64,000 bases of DNA from contig NIVC01001113.1 of assembly GCA_002269645.1 (NCBI GenBank), forward strand, positions 124,001-188,000, in the 5' to 3' direction. This DNA is from Macrostomum lignano. Taxonomy: Eukaryota. Position numbers and translations under genes: made by a program. Below, piece by piece: positions 24,991 to 37,217 of this stretch (positions are counted from its first letter, which is position 1; each line of letters starts with the position of its first letter). Under the pieces are notes generated by a model. That model worked only from the letters and a program-made list of their open reading frames with translations, made no database searches and had not been told where the DNA came from.

Positions 24991-26337
24991 ATCTGAGACT
25001 GGCAACTGACCGGACTCTGAACTGTGACTGTAAACCGTCCAAATCTCAATGTAGAGGGTTTAAATCTTCTAATATCTACCGATCAGTTTTGCCAAATATA
25101 TCAGCAGCAAAACAATATATCTTTGTCTTGTTTTTTCTGGAATACCGGACTGTATGTTGTGAATATCTCTTCATAATGAAGAAAGGAAGAATTTTGAACC
25201 AAAGGATTCAAAGGAAGAAATTTAGCAATCTGCCGTCCGTCAATTTTTTTTCGCAAACTAGACTGGTAAATTTTACGTATGCACACTTTTACAGTGCATT
25301 AATTCGCACCCGCCTACAACGCTGAGGCAGCTCAGCGGGAGACGCATCTGATTCGCATCGAACTACGAGAACCTAAAATATGAGCTTCGATTCCATGCGC
25401 AGCTTCTTTTTTGTTGCTCATAGACGAAAATCATCGGCAACGCCTGCCAGCAAGAGGTGTCGTGGTTCTTGAGACGGGCGGAGCCGTTTCACAGTGATCA
25501 GTCCCGTCATCTGATTCATACAGATGCTAGCTGTTCCATACAGATGTTATATACTTCACTTTCTGTTATTTATTGAACGTCTTCAAACTTTTTACATTCA
25601 TGTTATGCATGCAATTTATTCGGCTACACTTTACTCTGGACTGCAGCCTTGTACGTTTTGCCGTTTTTGTACTTATTTTGTGTTCTTTGTAGTATATTGT
25701 ACGTATAGCTAACGGTATGACTTTAGCGGCATATTGTGGCCATATTTTAATCATATACGTATATGAAACGTATATGAAACGTATTAAAATCAATTAATCA
25801 TTGATTTTAATTTTCATGATTACAAGCATTTCCACTCGATTTCTGGTGTGTAGCAGTTTTGTGAAAATCTGACTCCAGGAGATGAAACTGCAGGCAAGCT
25901 CCTACATGTAAATAAGCTAGAGATATCAAGAAGACTTATACGTAGAGTTGATCTCTAAGACTTTTTTCGCTTGAGTCGCCAGTTTTCTGTCCTTAGTATT
26001 GAGCAGTCCCTACCCAAATCTTTCTCATTTTGTCAACCTCACACACGCCAACGGACGTGACGTTTTACATGTATTACTTTAAGTAATAAATATCTACGCG
26101 GAGATGGGAACGCTCAGGTGAGATTCTATGAATAAAATATGTGTCAATGTTTTAATTTCTAATGTTTCATAAAGGAAAACAAGACGAAGCGTACAATGGG
26201 TTGCTGAAACAATGTTTTGCTGCTAATATATTTGGCAAAACTGGATCGGCAAATAGATATGGAAGAAGACCCTCTACATTGAGATTTGGGCGGTTTACAG
26301 TCACAGTTCAGAGTCCGGTCAGTTGCCAGTCTCAGAC

Positions 26338-26538
26338 CTAACCAATATGGATCCTGGCCCTAACCCTGAAGATCTTCTTCTTCAGGTCCAGTGCCTTCTC
26401 CTCCGACATGCTGGACTCGTCAATGTTGGACAGAGTCTCCTCCAGCACGCGTTCGGCCATGGCCTTCTCCTCCTGGGTGGGCACGGCGACGACCAGGGCG
26501 GCGCACAGCAAAAGTCCGAGAGCGAGCTGCCACTTCAT
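26338..26538 (-). CDS. Secreted 66-aa prepropeptide, copy B
   Basis: Identical to copy A except K46E in the acidic spacer; predicted mature peptide is unchanged. Confidence 0.8.
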   Translation of the reverse strand: MKWQLALGLLLCAALVVAVPTQEEKAMAERVLEETLSNIDESSMSEEKALDLKKKIFRVRARIHIG

Positions 26539-27039
26539 GATTGCTTGAGTCCAGTCGAGTCGAGTCTTGGATCTGTGTGTAGATTAAGTCGAATTTGAAA
26601 TTGAATTCTTGAGTAGCTGGTAGTTGCGAATTTATGCGCTTCGGATTGGTACGTGTTTCCGGTCCAAGGAGCGACGTTGTTTGACTTTTCTGCTTTTCCG
26701 TGAGAAGAGCGGAGCAGAGACTGCAGTCTTGCATGCCTATGAATATGATTCAGAATTTGTTTGTTTGATGACAGCTATCAGTCAAACAGGCAACTCTCAA
26801 GAGTTTTCTGCATGCAAGTGTATTCAATTCAGTGCGGTCTATTTGACTGCTCGCGTGCACAGTAAAGTTTAATAAGAACTTTCAGAAAATTCAGTGCAAT
26901 TCAGTTTCTAAAGCACTGAGCACTGATCACGGTGCACTATTAGAGACTCGCTGGAATGCTACTCCGCCTGCCCTTGTTGTTGACACTTCTCAGACACTTT
27001 ACTCTGGGAAACTCAGCTAGTCCTCCATGGATATTCCAT

Positions 27040-27535
27040 TGCTTTCCATTGAGGCTTCCATGGCTTTACCTGAGGTTTTCATGGCTTTACCTGAGGTTTC
27101 TATAGACATTTACCTGAGGTTTTCATGGCTCTTTACCTGAGGTTTCCATGGCCCTTTACCTGAGGCTTCCATGGCTTTACCTGAGGTTTCCATGGCTTTA
27201 CCTGAGGTTTCTATAGACCTTTACCTGAGGTTTTCATGGCTTTACCTGAGGTTTCTATAGACATTTACCTGAGGTTTTCATGGCTCTTTACCTGAGGTTT
27301 CCATGGCCCTTTACCTGAGGCTTCCATGGCTTTACCTGAGGTTTCCATGGCTTTTTACTTGAGGTTTTCATGGCCCTTTACCTGAGATTTACGTGGCGCT
27401 TTACCTGAGGTTTTCATGGCCCTTTACCTGAGGTTTACGTGGCGCTTTACCTGAGGTTTCCATGACCTTGACTGAAGTTTCCATAGCTTAACCTGAGATT
27501 TCCATGGCGCTTTGCCTGAGGTTTCCATGGGGCTA
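27040..27535. repeat. 21-22-bp minisatellite (ACCTGAGGTTTCCATGGCTTT)n, array 2
   Basis: Direct reading; inverted relative to array 3. Confidence 0.92.
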
Positions 27536-27584
27536 TACCTGAGCGTTGCACAGCGCTAGCTGATTTCATAGAACATTACACGCC

Positions 27585-27720
27585 TACACTGTACGCAGGC
27601 ACACACTCACACAGGGTGTATACAACGGCCCTGAGTTTTCTAATCGTCGGGCATGAACAGTCTGTGCCTTGGGGGGGGTCGGCTTTCATGGCAGCGAATC
27701 GCACGACAGCCCACCGGCTA
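27585..27720 (-). mobile_element. Diverged SINE body fragment
   Basis: Shares CGCAGGCACACACTCACACAGG...GGCCCT with the SINEs at 29520-29876 and 46530-47085. Confidence 0.55.
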
Positions 27721-27824
27721 ATTTTCGTGCACACAAGCGTACCAGGGAAAATTCTTCAAAGGAATGAAACATGTCCATAATTTTTATCGGAATAAGGCCG
27801 ATTGTGAATAGGGCCTCAGGTAAA

Positions 27825-28620
27825 GGGCCATGGAAACCTCAGGTAAAGGGCCATGGAAACCTCAGGTAAAGGGCCATGGAAACCTCAGGTAAAGGGCCAT
27901 GGAAACCTCAGGTAAAGGGCCATGGAAACCTCAGGTAAAGGGCCATGGAAACCTCAGGTAAAGGGCCATGGAAACCTCAGGTAAAGGGCCATGGAAACCT
28001 CAGGTAAAGGGCCATGGAAACCTCAGGTAAAGGGCCATGGAAACCTCAGGTAAAGGGCCATGGAAACCTCAGGTAAAGGGCCATGGAAACCTCAGGTAAA
28101 GGGCCATGGAAACCTCAGGTAAAGGGCCACGTAAACCTCAGGTAAAGGGCCATGAAAACCTCAGGTAAAGGGCCATGAAAACCTCAGGTAAAGGGCCACG
28201 TAAACCTCAGGTAAAGGGCCACGTAAACCTCAGGTAAAGGGCCATGGAAACCTCAGGTAAAGGGCCATGGAAGCCTCAGGTAAAGAGAAATGGAAACCTC
28301 AGGTAAAGAGAAATGGAAACCTCAGGTAAAGAGAAATGGAAACCTCAGGTAAAGAGAAATGGAAACCTCAGGTAAAGAGAAATGGAAACCTCAGGTAAAG
28401 GGCCATGGAAACCTCAGGTAAAGAAAAATGGAAACCTCAGGTAAAGGGCCATGAAAAATTCAGGTAAAAAGCCATGGAAACCTTAGGTAAAGGGCCATGG
28501 AAACCTCAGGTAAAGGGCCATGGAAACTTCAGGTAAAAATCCATGGAAACTTCAGGTAAAAATCCATGGAAACTTCAGGTAAAAATCCATGGAAACCTCA
28601 GGTAAGGCCATAGAAACTCA
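27825..28620. repeat. 22-bp minisatellite (GGAAACCTCAGGTAAAGGGCCAT-like)n, array 3
   Basis: Reverse complement of array 2; the first part is highly homogeneous. Confidence 0.94.
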
Positions 28621-29519
28621 AGTATAGCATTTCTTGACAAACACATTGACTCATTGAAAAATTTACACACCTCATTTATCTCAGAGATAGCAAAAATCTG
28701 TCTATAATTCGTTTACTACTTTCATATCTACAGATAGACCTATCTGACTGATTTTATACCCCTACCCCTGAGGACATACAGAGCTGATTGGATGGATGGC
28801 TAAAAGCAAAAAGGAGATTTTTCAAAACCATATAAGCCACCGGTATATGTCTGGTTTATACTATTCATGCAATAGATTTATTCATCATTTGTCGTATCAA
28901 CAGTCGATGTTTATCTAAGCTGCCGGATTAGCCTAATACATCAAGTTCGGCGCCAAAAATGTTGACGTATCGGCTAATTGCAAAGCAACATTTGTCTGGA
29001 AAGTTCTTTAGAGTCAGATTATGAATTATGACTATGTGTTAGATTGAATTGAGAGATTTCATGCTAACCACGGACTAATCATCGCACCTCATCATCTAAT
29101 TATCACATCTCATCATCTAATTATCGCACCTCATTATCTAATAATTATATATATTTTACAGTATTAGAATCAGCTGTGAAGGTTTTTAAAGACGCTTATA
29201 CGAGTAGATAGAGCAAGGACTTCTAGACTAACAGGACGTAAAACTCAAAGATCGTGCAATTTTTTGGAGGCCACGATTTCCTGGAAAAAATACACTGCGA
29301 AGATAGGAAAAAATCTGTTTTTCGTCACAAAATCTGTGATTGTATTTGATCTGGGGCAGTGAAGACTACCATTCTTTTAATTTAACATGCACAACATGTT
29401 ACTCTATTATATTTTCATATAGCTGTGTAATGAAGTTTTAATTTTCATATTGTTTTCACTTTATTTCATAAGCCCAAAGTTGCAAACTCACAAGTTGTCT
29501 AGAAGTCCTTGAGATAGAG

Positions 29520-29876
29520 TTTGATTAGTAGAGGCCGGGGCTGTGTGTATTTTAAGCGACATAGGCACACAACCGGCGAGAGGCATTACTGCCCATTCCG
29601 CCGACTCCTCTGAGCAGGCACACAAGCGCGTGGATACGTACGCAGTCATACGCACAGGCACACACTCACACAGGAGTGTACAGCGGCCCTAACTTTATTT
29701 ATCGTTAGGCATGTACACTTCACTGTGCCTTGGGGGTTGGCCCTCAGGGGCGTTAATTGCACGAGCAGAGCCAAGCCGAGATTCCAATTTTAGCCCCAAA
29801 TTAATCTGACTGCACTGGGAATCGAGCCTGGGCCGCTGGCACATCAGAGCCCTGCGCTAGACCACTAGGCCACGGC
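29520..29876 (-). mobile_element. tRNA-derived SINE
   Basis: Minus-strand head GTGGCCTAGTGGTCTAGCGC...GGCTCGATTCCC carries Pol III A and B boxes; the body is shared with other copies; 3-prime boundary approximate. Confidence 0.75.
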
Positions 29877-30107
29877 TTTGTACCCTGCGACTGATAAAAA
29901 TTGTCCTATCCAAAGATTATCCCCATTCCGATTGGCCCAGATTATCTCCTACGCATTGACCCAATAAGATTTTCCTGAAGAAAGAGACAGTAAGAGAGCT
30001 TTCTTCCGAGGAAAAAAGTCGGTTTCTTTAAGACATCATCTTAAAATTAGCATTACTTGGCGTATTCTCAACAGGCCCCAAAAACATCAGCAAACTATAA
30101 TTCAGAC

Positions 30108-32054
30108 ATGCTAGTAAAACTTAAAGTACAAATTGTACTGATTATCTTATTATCCGTTTGTCCGTTAGCATTCGGCAGTCGAGTCAGCACAGACGAACAG
30201 GAACTGCTGTCTTATCTAATGGCAGACTACGATTCGGCATCCAGGCCTACTATCAACGCCGCCAAAACTGTGGAAGTCCGCTTTCAAATAGCGCTGGTTC
30301 AAATTTCGCAACTGGTAGGTTATGATTTATTGATGTCACATCTGTATTTTTGTCCCGTAGTTTATGATTGAAGGAAGGAATGATGGAGCACCTTCTAGAT
30401 GATTACAAAACAGCTGTGAAACGGTGGTGGAGACTGGGACACATTTAGGTTACTGTAGCGAACATCAGGATATGGTACAGCTGATGGGAGACAGTAGAGT
30501 GACAGCTGGGATAGAGTGGAGTAACAGCTGGAATACAGTAGAGTGACAGCTGGATTACAGTGGAGTGACAGCTGGGATACAGTAGAGTGACAGCTGAGAT
30601 AGAGTGCAGTGACAGGGAACACAGTAGAGTGACGGGGAACACAGTGGAGTGACAGGGAACACAGCGGAGTGACAGGGAACACAGCGGAGTGACAGGGAAT
30701 ACAGTGGAGTGACAGGGAACACAGTAGAGTAACAGGGAACACAGTGGAGTGACGGGGAACACAGTGGAGTGACAGGGAACACAGTGGAGTGACAGGGAAC
30801 ACAGTGGAGTGACAGGGAACACAGTAGAGTGACAGGGAACACAGTGGAGTGACGGGGAACACAGTGGAGTGACAGCTGGGATACAGTGGAGTGACAGCTG
30901 GAATACAGTAGAGTGACGGGGAACACAGTGGAGTGACAGCTGGGATACAGTAGAGTGACAGGGAACACAGTGGAGTGACAGCTGGGATACAGTAGAGTGA
31001 CAGGGAACACAGTGGAGTGACAGGAAACACAGTGGAGTGACAGGGAACACAGTGGAGTGACAGGGAACACAGTAGAGTGACAGGGAACACAGTAGAGTAA
31101 CAGGGAACACAGTAGAGTGACAGGGAACACAGTGGAGTGACAGGGAACACAGTGGAGTGACAGGGAACACAGTGGAGTGACAGGGAACACAGTGGAGTGA
31201 CAGGGAACACAGTGGAGTGACGGGGAACACAGTGGAGTGACAGGGAACACAGTGGAGTGACAGGGAACACAGTGGAGTAACAGGGAACACAGTGGAGTGA
31301 CAGGAAACACAGTGGAGTGACAGGGAACACAGTGGAGTGACAGGGAACACAGTAGAGTGACAGGGAACACAGTAGAGTGACGGGGAACACAGTGGAGTGA
31401 CAGGGAACACAGTGGAGTGACAGGGAACACAGTGGAGTGACGTGGTAGAGGCAGGGCTTGGCAGGAGAGTCCTTGAGAATACTGAAACAATAAAATAGCA
31501 GTTTATTTTTTTCGGCGAGCCAAAGATTTATCGTTAAAGTTTGCAATCTAAAAGTTGATTGCTAAAAAGGAAGTCTTCCGCAGTCATTTCCTATCCGGAA
31601 AGCGAAATAAAAAATGCTTGCACAGCCAAAGCTGCCTGCCTAGAAATAGCTAAGCTTTCTGAAGAGCTGTCAGACACGTGTCAAGAGAAAAGCCACAATC
31701 TATAAAGACAAATTTGTTTTGCCAAAGTCAGCATTAAAATATTAAGCTGGTGGGATTAAGCTTCAAGCGGACACGCCCTCAACCGCGGATCTTCTTGTCT
31801 TATGTTGGGGATTAGGGGGGGGGGGCGCTGCGAAATTCACTGGAGGTCGGTTTAAATATTGTTTAAAGTAACGTAAATATTTTCAACAATATATTTATCT
31901 GGGTATAATAAATGCAAACTGGGTATTTGCAGGACGAGGTCAATCAAGTGCTAACAACCAATGTCTGGCTTGAGCAGGTGAGTCCTTACATGCTACAGGT
32001 GATGTGTCCATATTCACCTAGTTGGTTAGTTAGTTAGTTATTTAGTTAGTTAGC

Positions 32055-32099
<45 letters not shown>

Positions 32100-32185
32100 G
32101 GTTAGTTTGTTAGTTAGTTAGTTAGTTAGCTAGTTAGTTAGCTAATTAGTTAGTTAGTTAGTTAGTTAGTTATTTAGTTAGTTAA

Positions 32186-32221
<36 letters not shown>

Positions 32222-32274
32222 CTAGTTAGTTAGCTAGTTAGTTAGCTAGTTAGTTAGTTAGTTAGTTAGTTAGC

Positions 32275-32312
<38 letters not shown>

Positions 32313-32313
32313 A

Positions 32314-32349
<36 letters not shown>

Positions 32350-32411
32350 CTAGTTAGTTAGCTAGTTAGTTAGTTAGCTAATTAGTTAGTTAGTTAGTTA
32401 GTTAGTTAGTA

Positions 32412-32449
<38 letters not shown>

Positions 32450-32579
32450 CTAGTTAGTTAGCTAGTTAGTTAGTTAGTTAGTTAGTTAGTTATTTAGTTA
32501 GTTAATTAGTTAGTTAGTTAGTTAGTTAGTTAGCTAGCTAGTTAGTTAGTTAGTTAGCTAGTTAGTTAGTTAGTTAGTC

Positions 32580-32612
<33 letters not shown>

Positions 32613-32621
32613 TTTAGTCAT

Positions 32622-32660
<39 letters not shown>

Positions 32661-32706
32661 TTTAGTTAGTTAATTAGTTAGTTAGTTAGTTAGCTAGTTA
32701 GTTAGC

Positions 32707-32741
<35 letters not shown>

Positions 32742-35510
32742 CTAGTTAGTTAGTTAGTTAGTTAGTTAGCTAGTTAGTTAACTAGCTAGTTAGTCAGGCA
32801 GAACAAAATGTCAGAAAATCGCAAGTCAGACTTGTCACGCAGTCTACAGTCTTCAAGCAGAGAACTGGGCGACATGGAAGGCGGATCAAAGAACAAAAGC
32901 CATAAAAGTCAAGCCTGCAACTGGGCCAGTCTCCTTAATGCACTGACCACTCTGTATCTTTGCATGAGGCAGAAACATCTTCAGTATAAATAAGATGATA
33001 GGCAATAGTCTCTTTAGAGTTTTCAATATATATGTAAGGATTGAAAGCTTTTAATAAATGTACAACCAAAAGCCATCTTGGGTTTATTAGATAGATAAGC
33101 TACATGTAAATAGTCACCTGCACTTCTAGTAAGTAATTAAATGAAAATAGAAGCGGGCAATCAGAATGGCGCTGGGAAAAAAGGCATTTGAAATCATCAC
33201 TCAATTCAAATATTAAAAATTTCATCAGGAATGGCACGACGAACGGTTGCACTGGAGTCCGGAGAATTACAGCGGCCTTGCAGTGCTGAGAGTTCCCTGT
33301 CAGAAACTCTGGCTGCCAGATATTGTGCTGTATAACAGGTAAACTGGAGTGAGAACACATAAACCTTGGAGTGAAAACGGGTAAACTAGAGTAAGAACAG
33401 GTAAACTGGAGTGAGAACAGGTAAACTGGAGTGAGAACAGGTAAACTGGAGTGAGAACAGGTAAACTGGAGTGAGAACAGGTAAACTGGAGTGAGAACTG
33501 GTAAACTAGAGTAAGAACAGGTAAACTGGAGTGAGAAAAGATAACAGGTAAACCAGGAGTGAGAACAGGTAAACCAGGAGTGAGAACAGGTAAACCAGGA
33601 GTGAGAACAGGTAAACTGGAGTGGGAACAGGTAAACTGGAGTGGGAACAGGTAAACTGGAGTGAGAACAGGTAAACTGGAGTGAGAACAGATAACAGGTA
33701 AACCAGGAGTGAGAACAGGTAAACCAGGAGTGAGAACAGGTAAACTGGAGTGGGAACAGGTAAACTGGAGTGGGAACAGGTAAACTGGAGTGAGAACAGG
33801 TTTAAACTGGAGTGAGAACAGGTAAACTGGAGTGAGAACAGGTAAACTGGAGTGGGAACAGGTAAACTGGAGTGGGAACAGGTAAACTGGAGTGAGAACA
33901 GGTAAACTGGACTAAACTGCAGTAAAAATACTATCTGACTAAACATCCATTTGAACGGAAGAATTCACCTTGCCCTTCATCTCTGCTGCCTGACTATCCT
34001 GCCCCCCCCGCACGCAAAACGTTGACATGATTGACAGGTTTCAAGTAGCCACCATATGCCTGAAAAACTATATGAGATAAACAGGGGCAGTGATGTACGC
34101 GGAAGGGAGGAGGACCGTTGCCCCTCCTCTACCCCAATCAACCCACAGACATTGCACTCGTCTAAAAATTAAATCAACGTGGGTAACCCAGCTACTCGAA
34201 TGAAATGAGCTCAATTTTGCCGCCTCTTGGACATTGGCATCCACCGAGAGACAGGGGCGCCCACCAAGAGACAGGGGGCCAACGAAGAGACAGGGCCGCC
34301 CACCAAGAGACAGGGCCGCCCACCAAGAGACAGGGCCGCCCACCAAGAGACAGGGCCGCCCACCAAGAGACAGGGCCGCCCACCAAGAGACAGGGCCGCC
34401 CACCAAGAGACAGGGCCGCCCACCAAGAGACAGGGCCGCCCACCAAGAGACAGGGCCGCCCACCAAGAGACAGGGGTGCCCACAAAGAGACGGGGAAGCT
34501 GTCGTGTCACATTCCCTTGCATTGGGGTCTAACCACGGAGGAAAGAATAGAATGGAGTGCTAATCTGAGCCAGTTATTTTTATCTCGCTCGATTTTCGCT
34601 TTTAACATCCCTTTCCCCCCGTTCTTTCCTATCGGCTGAAAGCATATTTTAATGCGAGCTCGAACTATGCTGGGACAGACCTTTTAGAGGGAACGAAAGC
34701 GAAAGCGAGACGAAAAATACTTTGTCTATGGCAGTCACAAGCCAATAGGAAAGAACGGGGGGAAGGGATGTTAAAAGCGAAAATCGAGCGAGATAAAAAT
34801 AACTTGCTCAGATTAGCACTCCATTCTATTCTTTCCTCCATGGGTCTAACTTACGAGCGTATTCTAAAAATAGATTACCAATATTTCCATCACTGTTTCA
34901 TGCAAAATTTCAAAAAAAGTTGAGGTAAAATATGAATGTAATAAATTTATTGTCGATTTTGGGAATATCTAAGTTCGATATAGGCAGAGCATCGGTTACG
35001 CGGGAAAAACGCGATGCAGATAAGATAAGAGAATTCCCATAGTTAGACCTCGATTGCTTAGGTGCAGATTCTGTCAGATTATATCTGTTTAAAGAGAAGC
35101 GGTGCCGGGGTCAGCTGCAGGCCAAGCTGAAGCAGTGAAGGCCTGGGCGGAATTCGATACGCAGTGGCGTGCAGCGAAGATTTTGCGCCTCATAAAGTCA
35201 AGTGCCAACTTTGTGTTTCCTATAAGGGTGAAAATCTATTCAAGATTGATTGAGGGCCGGTAGAGCCACGTGACGGTACGGATAGGGAGACAAAATGAAC
35301 TGGTTGTTAAGGTCACGATGAAAAAGTTAAATGACAGAAAGTGACATTAAGAGTAAGGTCAGAGGAGCAGACAGACAGACAGACAGGCAGACACTAAGAC
35401 AGATAGACCGACACACAGACAGACAGACAGACAGACAGACGGACGGACAGACAGACAGACAGACAGACACTAAGACAGACAGACAGACAGACAGACGGAC
35501 AGACAGACAG

Positions 35511-35544
<34 letters not shown>

Positions 35545-35670
35545 GGACCGACAAACAGACAGACAGACACGCAGACGGACAGACAGACAGATAGATACAC
35601 AAACAGACAGACAGACAGGAAGACAGACAGACAGTCAGATAGATACACAGACAGACAGATATACAGACAG

Positions 35671-35713
<43 letters not shown>

Positions 35714-35724
35714 GGCAGACAGGC

Positions 35725-35765
<41 letters not shown>

Positions 35766-36935
35766 GGCAGACAGACGGACAGACAGAAAACAGAGAAAAG
35801 AGAGAAGGCAGAAAAGAGCAGAGAAGCGACACAAGCCTAGAGCGTGAGGGATCGCTACTTTGAAATATTCAAGAAGTTGAGAGCCAGAGTTTGCGAACCC
35901 CTGCTCTAATGCCAAACTGCACTTTATAAAACTGGATCTTCCGGATCCCCCATCCTGCAGCGCAGACGACTTCACCACGGGCTACATGCAGAGCAAGGCG
36001 ATGGTGGACTGCAACGGCACAGTGTTTTGGCCGCCCCCGGCAAAGCTACGATCGACCTGCAAAATCGATATCACGTATTTTCCGTTTGACGATCAGGTGT
36101 GCACAATGAAATTTGGCTCCTGGACCTACGATGGCTTTCAAGTGAATATAACTAAAAAGTGAGTTGAGCTTCTAGTTTCGAGCTCATGGGTTTTCAAGTT
36201 TTTGAATCTTCTAACTTGTGAATCTTCGAACTTGTGAATCTTCGAACTTGTGAATCTTCGAACTTGTGAATCGACGAACTTGTGAATCTTCGAACTTGTG
36301 AATCTTCGAACTTGTGAATCTTCTAACTTGTGAATCTTCTAACTTGTGAATCTTCGAACTTGTGAATCTTCGAACTTGTGAATCTTCGAACTTGTGAATC
36401 TTCGAACTTGTGAATCTTCGAACTTGTGAATCTTCGAGCTTGTGAAGCTTCGAACCTGTGAAGGCTCGAACTTGTGAAGCTTCGAGCTTGTGAAGCTTCG
36501 AACCTGTGAAGGCTCGAACTTGTGAAGCTTCGAGCTTGTGAAGCTTCGAACCTGTGAAGGCTCGAACTTGTGAAGCTATAGCCCTTCACGCATTTCGTCG
36601 AATCTCATGCAATATCTGGTTGGAATTTTGACGTTTAATTTTTAATTTATTGTTTTCAAACACCACGCAGACGAGAGGAGGTCGATTTCGAGAACTACGT
36701 TCAGAGCGGCGAGTGGAATCTCATACGGGTTGACGTTGAAAGACAAGAGGTCAGCAGTTGCTTACAGTTTCAAAACCAACTAACATGCACGTCAAGTATC
36801 ATTTTTAACTTTTTAGCAGCCAACTGAAAAAGTTCTTAACTTTGCCTACCAAAGACACAAAGGCAGACAACAAAGACAGACAAACAAACAGACAGACAGA
36901 CGACAGACAGACGACAGACAGACAGATACTAAGAC

Positions 36936-37007
<72 letters not shown>

Positions 37008-37075
37008 CGACAGGCAGGCAGGCAGGCAGGCAGACAGACAGGCAGGCAGGCAGGCAGACAGACAGGCAGACAGGC

Positions 37076-37108
<33 letters not shown>

Positions 37109-37186
37109 GGCAGACAGACAGGCAGGCAGGCAGGCAGGCAGGCAGACAGACAGGCAGGCAGGCAGGCAGACAGACAGACGGGCAAG

Positions 37187-37217
<31 letters not shown>

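Larger units (their letters stand above)
24330..27010. repeat. Inverted segmental duplication: arms about 24330-25115 and 26213-27010 with a 1.1-kb spacer
   Basis: The right arm is the reverse complement of the left; near-identical across the small ORF and proximal promoter, more diverged distally. Confidence 0.93.

Noticed and set aside
27825-28620. Regular 20-33-bp arrays here and elsewhere as CRISPR arrays
   Set aside because: Units are head-to-tail with no unique spacers, there are no cas genes, and the context is a spliced eukaryotic genome.
30395-31546. Long Cys/Ser/Val-rich minus-strand ORFs (383, 321, 311 aa)
   Set aside because: They are translations of a stop-free 20-bp intronic minisatellite.
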